This document shows positions 1 to 9,677 of a stretch of 64,000 nt of DNA, in pieces. Under the pieces are notes generated by a model, which was given only the letters and a program-made list of their open reading frames with translations, made no database searches and was not told the origin of the DNA. How positions within the stretch are numbered: the first letter of the stretch is position 1; each line of letters starts with the position of its first letter. The translations under genes were made by a program, and so were the position numbers. The stretch spans positions 31,899 through 95,898 of the forward strand of contig JBDRJV010000037.1 in assembly GCA_043814605.1 (NCBI GenBank), in the 5' to 3' direction. This stretch comes from Candidatus Omnitrophota bacterium (GTDB lineage: Bacteria; Omnitrophota; Gorgyraeia; B26-G9).

Positions 1-53
1 AGTAAGTCTTGATTATTTAGCTATAGGAAATTTTTTGATTAAAGGAGAAAATA

Positions 54-833
54 ATGAAAAAAATAGATAATCGTAATTTATTTAAAAGATCACTTGATTG
101 GTTATTTAAAGAAGAAGATAATTCTTCTCAAAACTCGAGTGAAGAAGAAATCATTGAAATAAATATTTGGCAAATAGTAATAATTTTTATTCTGGTAGCC
201 GGGTTATTCTTGTTAAATATTTATCCTAAAATTGCAAAAAAATTTTTTCAAAGGCACAAAAATAGTAATTTTTCTTATGAATATATTGAAGAAAATATTG
301 AAAAAAATTATTTTGCTGGTAATCAAACAATTAAAAATGGTGATTTTAGCCAAGGGCTTATACACTGGAGCACATCTGATGGGGGAAAAGTTTTTAGAAA
401 TTCAAAGAGTAAAATGACTTTAGAAAAAAATGATTTTCATTCACCTCCCTACGCAATGAAAATCGAATCAATCGTACCGGCAAATCGATATTACTATACT
501 AAAACTGAGAATAGTGCGGTTATCAATAGTGCTTTTGATTTTTACGAAACTGAGCATTGGTTGGGTATTCTCCCTCAAGTTAATGCTAAATTGAGTTTGT
601 GGTATAAGGGGGATGTGCCGCGTGTATCATTGCACTGTCTGGATAAAAGGGGCAAATGGATAGGCTTAGGATCTGTTTCCGGGCCAGCTACAGATGAGTG
701 GACATATTTAGAAATTATGAAAAAAATACCGGAAAATGGCCGGGCGATAACATTTGATATTGTTTTAAATCAGGCTCAAGGCATGCCTCTTCCTGTAATT
801 ATCGTAGATGATGTTTTTTTATCAGTCGAGTAA
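54..833 (+). CDS. Hypothetical membrane-anchored protein with C-terminal carbohydrate-binding-module-like (CBM4/9-type) domain
   Basis: ATG at 54 is preceded by AAAGGAGA 8 nt upstream. There is one N-terminal hydrophobic helix (IWQIVIIFILVAGLFLLNI). The motif NGDFSQGLIHW is typical of CBM4/9-like beta-sandwich domains. Domain assignment is by eye only. Confidence 0.45.
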   Translation: MKKIDNRNLFKRSLDWLFKEEDNSSQNSSEEEIIEINIWQIVIIFILVAGLFLLNIYPKIAKKFFQRHKNSNFSYEYIEENIEKNYFAGNQTIKNGDFSQGLIHWSTSDGGKVFRNSKSKMTLEKNDFHSPPYAMKIESIVPANRYYYTKTENSAVINSAFDFYETEHWLGILPQVNAKLSLWYKGDVPRVSLHCLDKRGKWIGLGSVSGPATDEWTYLEIMKKIPENGRAITFDIVLNQAQGMPLPVIIVDDVFLSVE

Positions 834-836
834 AAT

Positions 837-2510
837 ATGAGAGAAACTATAAATTTAAAACAAAACATAGATTCAAATAAAACATTTATAACTTTGCTTG
901 CTGTATTATTAGCATTCCACTTTTTTAGTAATGCTTATTTATTAACCAAAAATCCCTTACCAGAAGGTAAGGACAGTTATGCGCACATTATGGGTTATTT
1001 GAATTTTTCTGATATTTTACAACAACGAACCAAGAGTTTATTTTACCAACCAGAGAAAAGTTTATTTTATAACATATTTTTTTCTGTTTTTGACTATCCG
1101 GTATTTTTTTATTTAACTGTTTTTTTTATAAATATGATTTTCGGTAATTTTATATTTTATTGTATAATTTTTACTTCAACAGTATTTTTTTTACTGCTGT
1201 TAATCGCAGTTTATAAAATCGGATGTTTTCTCAACCCGCAAACAGGTATTTTAGCTGCGGTAATTTGTTCTTCTTTCCCGATTGTTTTTATTACAGCGCG
1301 ACATTTTAATTTAGAAATAGCTCTGAGTGCTTTAGTTTGTGTAAGTATCTGGATGCTATTAAGAACAAATTTTTTTACAGAACGCTTATTTTCTATTTTA
1401 CTGGGTATTATTTTAGGTTTAGGGATGTTAACGAAACAGTCTTTCCTGATATATGTTTTAGGACCGATCGCCATAATTTTATACAAATGTTTAGTAGTTC
1501 GCGATCGCGATATATTTTTTACAAGCATTAGGAATATTATTTTTTGCTTTGCAATTGCACTGCTTTTAAGCTTTTATTTTTATAGCCAAGGCGATATTTA
1601 TATGAATATTAACACAAGAATAAACTTTACTGGTGCAGTTAACGGCAATAATATTTTTCAAACACAACATTTGATGTATTATGTAAAATCATTAACATTA
1701 AGTTTAGGCTGGGGATTTACTTTGCTGTTAATATTTTCTTTATTTAGTATCAGGAAAATTACTCAACCGCTGCGGTTTTTACTAATTGCCTGGTTTATAT
1801 TTCCGTTATTAGTTTTTACTTTTATAAAAATTAAATATACTGAATATTCTATTGCCTATCTACCGGCAGCAGCGATAATTTCCGGATCAGCAATCAGTTT
1901 AATTAGAAATATTAAATTAAAAAAAATTTTAATAATTAGTATTTTAGTTATGGCTACAGTGAATTTTTTTATGTTATCTTATTTTAATTTTAAATCATTT
2001 TTTACCACATATTATTACCAAAATCTCAAAGGGGAACTTATTGAGAGTGATCAGATCACTGGGATAAGTCAGATCGAAAGGAAAACAGAATTTAAGGATT
2101 TGTTAAAAAAATTAGGCAATTCTGGCAAAGCAATAGGAATTTTTTATGATGATATAAACCTGCAATTCCCGGCTTATTTCACCAGGTTTATTAGTGTAGA
2201 AACAAAAAAACAAGTTCAAATATTGGATATGCTATTTCGCATCCCTTTATTTTTCAACAAGTTAGATCGGATTGACAGTTTAATTTTTGTTTCCTGCTCA
2301 GGGCAGGATTGGATCAGCGAGAAATCTTTTTTTAAGTTTGAGCAGGATTTAAATAAACAAACTTTTTACAGATACAAATTTAGACCGTATTTTTTGGAGA
2401 GAATCCTGGCGGCTAAAAAAAATTTTATATTAACGCACAAACTAGGTTTTGAAACCACAGGGAATAAATTGCAAAAGGAAAATATTTTTATTTATAAAAG
2501 GATGCCTTAA
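837..2510 (+). CDS. Polytopic membrane glycosyltransferase, GT-C fold (ArnT / PMT / GT39-83-like)
   Basis: A 557 aa ORF with >10 predicted TM helices in the N-terminal two-thirds and a soluble C-terminal domain. This architecture is typical of lipid-carrier-dependent GT-C enzymes. No catalytic motif was verified. Confidence 0.5.
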   Translation: MRETINLKQNIDSNKTFITLLAVLLAFHFFSNAYLLTKNPLPEGKDSYAHIMGYLNFSDILQQRTKSLFYQPEKSLFYNIFFSVFDYPVFFYLTVFFINMIFGNFIFYCIIFTSTVFFLLLLIAVYKIGCFLNPQTGILAAVICSSFPIVFITARHFNLEIALSALVCVSIWMLLRTNFFTERLFSILLGIILGLGMLTKQSFLIYVLGPIAIILYKCLVVRDRDIFFTSIRNIIFCFAIALLLSFYFYSQGDIYMNINTRINFTGAVNGNNIFQTQHLMYYVKSLTLSLGWGFTLLLIFSLFSIRKITQPLRFLLIAWFIFPLLVFTFIKIKYTEYSIAYLPAAAIISGSAISLIRNIKLKKILIISILVMATVNFFMLSYFNFKSFFTTYYYQNLKGELIESDQITGISQIERKTEFKDLLKKLGNSGKAIGIFYDDINLQFPAYFTRFISVETKKQVQILDMLFRIPLFFNKLDRIDSLIFVSCSGQDWISEKSFFKFEQDLNKQTFYRYKFRPYFLERILAAKKNFILTHKLGFETTGNKLQKENIFIYKRMP

Positions 2511-3572
2511 ATGCTGCAAAGTATATATTTTCAATTAAATAATTTTATGGCTTTTTACAATCTTTTTTCAGTACGGCAAGCAGCCAGTTTTTTACAAAAT
2601 TTGCCGTTATCAATTAATTTATTGAGAACGGCAAAGTGTAATTTAAATTGCCGGATTTGCTCAGCTAAAGACATGCTTAATATAGGGAATGAATTAACCA
2701 CGGGTGAAATCATCAGCTTTATTGAAAAAAATGCAGAGTATAAACCGATTTTTTTTATCGGAGGAGGAGAACCTTTTATCCGTAAGGATATCCTGGAATT
2801 TGCCAGAGTGTTCAGCCGGAATAAATTAAAATACGGGATTGTTACTAATGGGACTTTGCTTAATCCCGAAATTATGGGTGAATTGTTCAATAATAAATTA
2901 AATGTGCTGATTTTTTCTTTACATGGCAATCAGCTGCAGCATGATAAGGTGACCGGTAAAAGTGGGGCATATAGTTTAATTAGTAATAATATAAAATTTG
3001 CTGCGAAAAATAAGAAAAGTACTAAAATAATTTTAAATTTTGTAATAAATGAGGAGAATTATTTACAGCTTGAGCAAATTATTAAATTTGGAAAAAATCA
3101 AGGAGTAAATCAAGTAAGAATTGAGCATTTAATTTTTTTAACAAAAAATGAATACAAGCAGCATTTAGAAGTTTGCCGGAAACTTTTTCCAAAGAACAAT
3201 ACAAATCTTGTAATTTTTAAAAAGGATATTAATAATTTGGAAATTGGTGATTTTTTAAAAAAAGAGATACCTCGCTTAAAAAAGAAATACAAAAATTTTG
3301 TTTTATTTAAACCGCATTTGAGTCAAGCTGAAATTGAATCATGGTATTGTGAGAATTTTCAATTAAATCGTAAGTGTTTTTTTGTGCAGCATTCAGTTTT
3401 TGTAAACCCAAACGGAGATATTGTTCCCTGTCAGTTTTTAGGAAATTATAAACTAGGGAATATCAAGGAGGTTGAGTTAGTTGATGCCTGGCGAAATAAA
3501 GCCAGTCAAAATATTAAAAAAACTTTAAAGCAAAAGATTTTACCCGGATGTAACCGATGCTGTAAATTATGA
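2511..3572 (+). CDS. Radical SAM / SPASM-domain protein
   Basis: CNLNCRIC is a CxxxCxxC radical-SAM motif near the N-terminus. The C-terminus has a cysteine cluster (CQFLGN...PGCNRCC) typical of SPASM/twitch auxiliary clusters. The start abuts the upstream stop (TAAATG). Confidence 0.8.
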   Translation: MLQSIYFQLNNFMAFYNLFSVRQAASFLQNLPLSINLLRTAKCNLNCRICSAKDMLNIGNELTTGEIISFIEKNAEYKPIFFIGGGEPFIRKDILEFARVFSRNKLKYGIVTNGTLLNPEIMGELFNNKLNVLIFSLHGNQLQHDKVTGKSGAYSLISNNIKFAAKNKKSTKIILNFVINEENYLQLEQIIKFGKNQGVNQVRIEHLIFLTKNEYKQHLEVCRKLFPKNNTNLVIFKKDINNLEIGDFLKKEIPRLKKKYKNFVLFKPHLSQAEIESWYCENFQLNRKCFFVQHSVFVNPNGDIVPCQFLGNYKLGNIKEVELVDAWRNKASQNIKKTLKQKILPGCNRCCKL

Positions 3573-4117
3573 AAATTTTGTTAAATAAAAGTTATAACTT
3601 ATTAAGGGATATATATTTAGAAAGCATTAATTTTACGGATAAAACTAAGCTTTTAGATATCGGTTGCGGTTTGAGGGGTAATTTTCTAAAGCTGCCTAAA
3701 TTTGTGTATACAGGTGTTGATGCTAATAAACATATTATTGCTAAATTGAGAAAGAAATCAGATGGGCTATATGAGTGTATGGATGCGAATGATTTAAAAT
3801 TTGAAAATAACTTTTTTGATTACATAATATCAACGAGTTTTTTCCATCATTGCTCAAAGAATAATATTCGTGCGATAGTAGAGCAAATAAAAAAGATTTT
3901 AAAAGATTCGGGAAAAATAATTATTGCAGATGGGGTATATCCGGATTCTAAAATTAATATTTTAGGATATTTAATTAGATTTTTTGACCGGGGTAGATTC
4001 GTGAGAAGAAAAGATGAATTCAGAGAGTTATTTGAGAATTTTTTTATTGTTAAAAAAGAAGTTTATTTTGTGAATAAGTTTTTTGCATATTACGTATTAG
4101 TAATGGAAAAAAAATAA
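3569..4117 (+). CDS. Class I SAM-dependent methyltransferase
   Basis: LLDIGCGLRGNF matches Rossmann motif I of SAM methyltransferases. It overlaps the upstream gene by 4 nt (ATGA). Confidence 0.65.
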   Translation: MKILLNKSYNLLRDIYLESINFTDKTKLLDIGCGLRGNFLKLPKFVYTGVDANKHIIAKLRKKSDGLYECMDANDLKFENNFFDYIISTSFFHHCSKNNIRAIVEQIKKILKDSGKIIIADGVYPDSKINILGYLIRFFDRGRFVRRKDEFRELFENFFIVKKEVYFVNKFFAYYVLVMEKK

Positions 4118-4118
4118 G

Positions 4119-5555
4119 ATGATAAATCAGTTAAAACAAAAAAAAAATAATTCAGAACTTTTAGTGTTTACAGTAATTTTAGCCTGTGGATTTTTTATGC
4201 GGCTTTTTTCTTTAATAAATTCAGATAATTTCCATGGTATTGCGGCAGGTAAAATTTTTGAAGCTCGTTATTTGCTCAAACATCCAGAGGAGCTTTGGGC
4301 TTGGATTGTCCCGGCCCATGGGCCGGTGCATTTATACTTGATCGCAATTTTATTTAAAATATTTGGTGATTATATAATTATTGCAAGATTAATAAGTTTA
4401 TTTTCCGGAGTGGCCTTATTTTTTCCCTATTATAAACTGATCAAACTTTCCTTCAGCAGAGATATTGCGCTTTTTAGTTGTTTTATCGCAGCTTTTTTTT
4501 ACTTACATGTAATTTATAGTGTGATTTCGACTGCGGAATCAATTTTTATTTTATTTTTATTTTCGGGGTTGTATTTTTATTTTAAATATTTCCAAAGTCA
4601 AAGAGTTTTTGAGTTGATAATTTCTGCGCTTTGTGTAGGAGTTTCAAGTATGTGTCGATTTGAAGGAGGGTTATACATAGTTTTATTAAGTGCTTTTTTA
4701 ATAAAAAAACCAAAAATAATGTTGATTTTTTTAATAAGTTCCTGTATGTTGCCTTGGGTTTGGATAGTTTTTAATTTTATTTTGTACGGCGATTTTTTCT
4801 ATTTTTTAACATCAAGCGATAATATCGTAAAGTATGAATTTGATAACCTAAAAGTTTACGGAACTCAATATACAATAACCGAGAGAATTTTATATTGGCC
4901 AATGGTATTAAAAGGGTATTTTGGAAATATATTATTTATTTTCGGTATAATCGGGCTTTGGTCTAATTTTCGCAACGCTAAAACTAAACTGCTGTTAGTT
5001 CTATTCCTGAGTATTTTAGGTTTTTTTATTTTTAAAACTTTTTATAAAGAACTGGCAATGCAGCCGCGTTATGGATTAAGTCTCGGATGCTTATTCATCC
5101 CGTTTATTGCAGATGCCTTATTAACTGGCTATACAAGAGTAAAAAAAATTTCCAAAAATTTAATACTGGCTCGGGATCAATTTAAAATGCTATTTTTTTT
5201 AATTCTTTTTTATATAGTAATAAGAGGATCATATTTAAGTTTAGTGCAATTACCGCATACTCCTCTCTGGGTAGAGAAAACAGCTAAATTTCTTGCTGCT
5301 AATGTAGACGAAAATAAAAATGAATTAGTGTATATTGATTCTGATGATGATAATTTTATAGAGCCGATTAAAATTTTATCGGGACTGGATGTGGACAGTT
5401 TTGTGGATATGCAGGCAGAAGGAACACATAAAGAATTGATTGAATCAGCTTCTTTAAAAAATATTAAATATCGTATTTTAATTTCAAAAACCAGGAATCT
5501 TAATTTAAAACAAATTTTTCAAGCTTCTGATTGTAAAATTTATAAAATAAAGTAA
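4119..5555 (+). CDS. Polytopic membrane protein, GT-C-like glycosyltransferase (paralog A)
   Basis: 478 aa with about 10 TM helices and a C-terminal soluble domain. The N-terminal motif FHGIAAGKIF is shared with the next gene (DTFHGIAAGRTL), so the two form a tandem paralog pair. Confidence 0.5.
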   Translation: MINQLKQKKNNSELLVFTVILACGFFMRLFSLINSDNFHGIAAGKIFEARYLLKHPEELWAWIVPAHGPVHLYLIAILFKIFGDYIIIARLISLFSGVALFFPYYKLIKLSFSRDIALFSCFIAAFFYLHVIYSVISTAESIFILFLFSGLYFYFKYFQSQRVFELIISALCVGVSSMCRFEGGLYIVLLSAFLIKKPKIMLIFLISSCMLPWVWIVFNFILYGDFFYFLTSSDNIVKYEFDNLKVYGTQYTITERILYWPMVLKGYFGNILFIFGIIGLWSNFRNAKTKLLLVLFLSILGFFIFKTFYKELAMQPRYGLSLGCLFIPFIADALLTGYTRVKKISKNLILARDQFKMLFFLILFYIVIRGSYLSLVQLPHTPLWVEKTAKFLAANVDENKNELVYIDSDDDNFIEPIKILSGLDVDSFVDMQAEGTHKELIESASLKNIKYRILISKTRNLNLKQIFQASDCKIYKIK

Positions 5556-5560
5556 ATTAT

Positions 5561-7057
5561 ATGTCAAATAAAATCACTAAAAGCAGCATCATTTTAATCC
5601 TGATAATAACCGCGATCTTTATAGGTTTAAGATTATTTTTATTACTGGACACGGATACTTTTCATGGTATTGCCGCAGGAAGAACTTTGCTTGCAGAATT
5701 AATATTAAGGAACGGTTTTTATTCAAAGTTATGCTTTGTTCCCGTACATCCGCCAATACATACAGTTATGCTAGTTGCGGGATTGTTTATCTGGAATAAT
5801 CCGATAATTTTACCTGGGTTAGTAAGTTTATTTTTCGGGACGCTTACTTGCCTTCCTTTTTATTACTATAACAAAAGTGTTTTTGATGAAAAAGTGGCTG
5901 TATTTTCGCTAGCAGCAATTAGTTTGTATTCTGATCATATTGCTTATAGTATTATTGGGACTTCAGAAACAATTTTTCATTTTTTTCTTTTCAGTAGTTT
6001 AGTTTTTGCTTTATTTTTTAAAAAAAACAAGAATATGCGGTATTTTTATCTGAGTGCAATAATGATTTCAATAGCTAGTTTATGCCGGTATGAAGGAATA
6101 ATATTTATCCCTTTTTTTTCTGTTTTTTTAACTAAGAAAATAAAAAATATTATTCTCTTTCTAATTGTTTCTTTAATTTTACCGGGTATATGGATGTGCG
6201 TAAATTTTTATTTTACCGGAAATTTTATATATTTTTTAAATACTAATGATATTACCGTACCTTTACAATTTAATTGGATGCGGTTGCAGGGGCTAGATAT
6301 AAACGTTACTTATAAAATTCTATTTTGGCCGCGAGTTTTAATCAATACAATAGGAGTATTTTTTCTTTTTTTTGGACTTGGGGGAGTTATCTTTTGTTTA
6401 AAGAGAGGAGAAAAATTATTTCCGGCAGGATTAGTCATATTTATATTATGTTTATTTGTATTAAGAACTTATCAAGAAAAACTCTATTTGCAGACTCGCT
6501 ACGGCATAACCATTGGTTTATTATTAATTCCTTTTGCAATTTACTTTTTTCAGGTTACTGTTAAAAAGATTAATCGTAACTTGCCGGACTGGTTAGTTTT
6601 ATTTTTACTTTTGACCCTGATTCCTGCCTGGGGAAAGACACTTTCCCAGGAAAGCTTATTTCTCCCGGATACAGTTAAAAATATAAGCAGTTTTTTAGGT
6701 AAAGAAGTTAAAGAAAATGAAAATATTTTTATAACTTCAGAACAAAATGAAAATTATCGTGAAGTGATAAAATTAAGAAGCCGTCTTAATCCTAAACAAT
6801 TTATACTAATTCCGTATCTTGAGCCGTATGAAAACAAATTTATTATAAAACTGGAAACATTTTTTCAATATTTAGAAAAAGAGAATATTAAGTTTTTTGT
6901 CTATTCTCCAGAGGGAGAGTTAGGAAATATTCTGAAATTTGAGGGAAAAGGGGAAAAGTTTAATATGAATGGGTTCTGGTTCAAGCTTATTTATAAAAAT
7001 AGATTATATCATATTTATAAGGTAGACCCTTTAAAAGAGGGGGTAGAAGATGTTTAA
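5561..7057 (+). CDS. Polytopic membrane protein, GT-C-like glycosyltransferase (paralog B)
   Basis: 498 aa with the same TM topology and the shared N-terminal FHGIAAG motif as 4119..5555. Confidence 0.5.
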   Translation: MSNKITKSSIILILIITAIFIGLRLFLLLDTDTFHGIAAGRTLLAELILRNGFYSKLCFVPVHPPIHTVMLVAGLFIWNNPIILPGLVSLFFGTLTCLPFYYYNKSVFDEKVAVFSLAAISLYSDHIAYSIIGTSETIFHFFLFSSLVFALFFKKNKNMRYFYLSAIMISIASLCRYEGIIFIPFFSVFLTKKIKNIILFLIVSLILPGIWMCVNFYFTGNFIYFLNTNDITVPLQFNWMRLQGLDINVTYKILFWPRVLINTIGVFFLFFGLGGVIFCLKRGEKLFPAGLVIFILCLFVLRTYQEKLYLQTRYGITIGLLLIPFAIYFFQVTVKKINRNLPDWLVLFLLLTLIPAWGKTLSQESLFLPDTVKNISSFLGKEVKENENIFITSEQNENYREVIKLRSRLNPKQFILIPYLEPYENKFIIKLETFFQYLEKENIKFFVYSPEGELGNILKFEGKGEKFNMNGFWFKLIYKNRLYHIYKVDPLKEGVEDV

Positions 7058-8282
7058 ATTGTGCCGAGGCCGAATAATATTTTCAATGGATATATTCGGA
7101 GATTTAATTAAAAGTTTTTTTAGTAAAAAAAATAATGGAGAGTTAACTATTAAAAAATTTGAAGATGATTTTGCTCAATATATTGGCAGTAAACATGCAG
7201 TTGCGGTTGCTTCGGGTAAGATGGCATTGTATTTAACGTTGAAGGCATTAGGCGCAAAGGAGGGGGATCAGATTATTATTCCTGCCTATACAGTTAGCGA
7301 AGTTATTGATGTAATTATTCTTTGTAAATTAATACCGGTTTTTGTGGATATTAATCTTAAAGACGCGAATATTGATGTATCCTTGATTGAAAAAAGAATT
7401 ACTCCGAATACTAAATTTATCTTAATGGTACATATGTTTGGATGCCCCTGTGACATTGATGAAATAATTGCAATAAGCAAAAAATATAATCTTAAAGTTA
7501 TTGAAGATGGAGCTCAGAGCTGTGGGGCTGAATATAAAGGAAAAAAAATAGGAAGTTTTGGTGATATTGGGTATTTTAGCTTTGGCATCATGAAAAATTT
7601 AAATACATTAGGCGGGGGAATGATTGTAGCGCAAAATTCTGATCGAATAAATTTTATTAGAAAACAGATAAATAAGTTTTCTGAAAATTTGATGGGGCAA
7701 CTTTTTAAAAAAACGGTTTTAGTTTTTTTTGTATCTATACTAACTACGCCGGTTATATTCTCATTTGTAGTATATCCGTTACTATTTATTATCGAAGAGA
7801 ACAGAAGAGAAAAAATATTTAAGAGTTTATTTAAAGCTAGACCTGTAACAGCACAGTGTATGGAAAAGCTAAAAGTAAAATTTTCTCCTTATCAAGCGGC
7901 GATTGGCATAGCCGGCCTTAAAAAAATTGAACAGATAAATCAAAAGCGGATAAATAATGCTAAAGTTCTAAATCAGGCTCTTAATAATATCGATGGTGTT
8001 TCTTTGATTAAAGAATCAAGTGATTCAAAAAACATTTATTTAAACTATGTGATCCGCATTAATAACAGACAAAAACTAATTAATCGTATGTTTAATAAAG
8101 GAATTGATGTAAGTGCGGGGTTTATTGAATGCTGTCCGGATTTAGCCAGATTTGAGCTTTACCAGTGCGATTGTCCTAGAAGCAGGATTTGGGAAAAAGA
8201 AAATCTATATTTACCGGTTTATCATCCGCTGAAAAGAGAAGTAATGATAAAAATTTCGAAATTAATAAAGGAAGCATTGTGA
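7050..8282 (+). CDS. DegT/DnrJ/EryC1/StrS-family PLP-dependent sugar aminotransferase (ArnB-like), with unusual hydrophobic insertion
   Basis: Family motifs are present: EDGAQSCGAEYKGKKIGSFGDIGYFSF...K...GGGMIV and the FSPYQAAIGIAGL region. A ~45 aa insertion (KTVLVFFVSILTTPVIFSFVVYPLLFII) is absent from the two other DegT paralogs in this window. Confidence 0.8.
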   Translation: MFKLCRGRIIFSMDIFGDLIKSFFSKKNNGELTIKKFEDDFAQYIGSKHAVAVASGKMALYLTLKALGAKEGDQIIIPAYTVSEVIDVIILCKLIPVFVDINLKDANIDVSLIEKRITPNTKFILMVHMFGCPCDIDEIIAISKKYNLKVIEDGAQSCGAEYKGKKIGSFGDIGYFSFGIMKNLNTLGGGMIVAQNSDRINFIRKQINKFSENLMGQLFKKTVLVFFVSILTTPVIFSFVVYPLLFIIEENRREKIFKSLFKARPVTAQCMEKLKVKFSPYQAAIGIAGLKKIEQINQKRINNAKVLNQALNNIDGVSLIKESSDSKNIYLNYVIRINNRQKLINRMFNKGIDVSAGFIECCPDLARFELYQCDCPRSRIWEKENLYLPVYHPLKREVMIKISKLIKEAL

Positions 8283-8296
8283 AAAATAATCATAGC

Positions 8297-9676
8297 ATGG
8301 AGGGTGGTTTGAATATAATTAAGAATGCCTTACGAGGAGTCGGCGGGTTATTTTTATTAGCTTTTTTTGTGCGGCTTGGTTTTTTAATGAGTTCTGATAA
8401 TTTTTACGGATTTGGGCCGATGTTAAATATTATTACCGCATTAAAGGCTTTTAATTATTTTTCTTTTTTTGAAAATATTTATTTCTGCCCTTTACCCTTT
8501 TATTTATATTCACTGGTTTTTTCAGTATGGATGGGAACGGAACAAATTATTTGCGCACAGTTTTTAAGTTTATTATTCGGCAGTTTAAGCATACCAATTT
8601 TTTATTTATTTGTAAGAAAAAATTTCAATAAACTAATCGCTTTTTATGCCGCATTAATTTTGTGTTTTTATCCGGCCCATATCATAATGAGTATTATTAC
8701 AAGCGCGGATAGTATAGGTTTTTTTCTTTTACTTGTTTGTTTAAATCTAATTTTAAATAAAAATTATTTTTACGCATCAATAATATTAGCAATAAGTTGC
8801 GGATTTACCTATTTAGCATGGGTTTTTGTGCTGATTTTAAATTTATTTATGTTTATCCAATCGGATAAAAAAAATATAAAAAAAATAATAAAATTATTTT
8901 TTTTCAGTATAATTAGTTGTTCTGTTCCTGCAGCTATCATAGTTTTAATCAAGATTAAATATTGCTCGCAAGGGCTTTTTTACAGGAATTTTTATTTAGC
9001 AGACTCATTTATGCGCTACATAATAAATTATGGCAATACGGTTAAAATCGCAATCAGGGCTTTGTTAATGCAGCCGGTTTCGGGATTTTTCCTGGTTAGT
9101 TTAATCGGAGTTTTTTTCTTTTTAAAACAAAAAAGGATAAAGTGTTATGATTTAATTTTTTTATTTGGACTCACATTAATATTGATTTGTTTAGGGATAT
9201 TTAGAGATGAAATTTGCATTTTAGGTCAGGGTGTAAACTTTTTATCAATCATGTGCATACCTTTTTTTGTTTTTGCCGTTACATCCATATTGCAAAAATT
9301 TAAAATAAAAAAGATAATCTTTGTTTTAATTTGCATTTTTTGTTTGATTTTGTTTTTAGTCAGTACTTGTTTAAAACCGAAATTACCGGAAAAAGTAAAA
9401 GAATTGAGTGCCTGGCTAAAAGAAAATATTGATGAGAAAACCAAAATTTATATAAACAAGGATGAAACAGGGTATTATAGTTCAATTATCATGCTTAGCG
9501 GTCTGCCGCAGGGTAATTTTAAATATTATAATAGCTTTGATGATTTTTCTGGCCAGGTTGATGCTGAGGATAATTATCTTATTCTTAGTCTGGAGCAATA
9601 TAGTCAAGCTAAAAATGTTCCGGGTGAGAATTTAATAGTTTTAGAAGGTTATTCTGTATATAAATTAGATAACTAG
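8297..9676 (+). CDS. Polytopic membrane protein, probable GT-C-like glycosyltransferase
   Basis: The ORF track starts at 8189, overlapping the upstream gene by 94 nt. The first in-frame ATG after the upstream stop (8282) is at 8297 (MEGGLNII). The protein is multi-TM throughout with a soluble C-terminal tail. Confidence 0.45.
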   Translation: MEGGLNIIKNALRGVGGLFLLAFFVRLGFLMSSDNFYGFGPMLNIITALKAFNYFSFFENIYFCPLPFYLYSLVFSVWMGTEQIICAQFLSLLFGSLSIPIFYLFVRKNFNKLIAFYAALILCFYPAHIIMSIITSADSIGFFLLLVCLNLILNKNYFYASIILAISCGFTYLAWVFVLILNLFMFIQSDKKNIKKIIKLFFFSIISCSVPAAIIVLIKIKYCSQGLFYRNFYLADSFMRYIINYGNTVKIAIRALLMQPVSGFFLVSLIGVFFFLKQKRIKCYDLIFLFGLTLILICLGIFRDEICILGQGVNFLSIMCIPFFVFAVTSILQKFKIKKIIFVLICIFCLILFLVSTCLKPKLPEKVKELSAWLKENIDEKTKIYINKDETGYYSSIIMLSGLPQGNFKYYNSFDDFSGQVDAEDNYLILSLEQYSQAKNVPGENLIVLEGYSVYKLDN

Positions 9677-9677
9677 A

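Noticed and set aside
232-417. Small + strand ORFs nested in other frames of real genes (232..417, 1337..1531, 6325..6564, 25894..26094, 41215..41424, 57135..57335)
   Set aside because: They are out-of-frame overlaps inside well-supported CDSs with no independent evidence.
1211-1528. Minus-strand ORF (105 aa), and similar short minus-strand ORFs throughout (e.g. 2555..2929, 3110..3292, 7286..7480, 9226..9444, 10597..10833, 14511..14702, 20733..21094, 22451..22672, 24959..25216, 30786..31046, 32924..33172, 34097..34321, 36403..36648, 36975..37202, 39248..39499, 48118..48336, 49493..49756, 54536..55130, 56403..56717, 57313..57657, 58231..58849, 59095..59292, 59793..60071, 62555..62740)
   Set aside because: All are fully embedded antisense to long + strand CDSs that have clear family motifs. 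They have no RBS and low-complexity composition, so they are chance ORFs in an AT-rich sequence.
8189-8296. N-terminal 36-codon extension of the ORF at 8189 overlapping the DegT gene
   Set aside because: The extension is hydrophilic, overlaps the upstream CDS by 94 nt, and precedes an in-frame ATG that lies just after the upstream stop. It is likely not translated.
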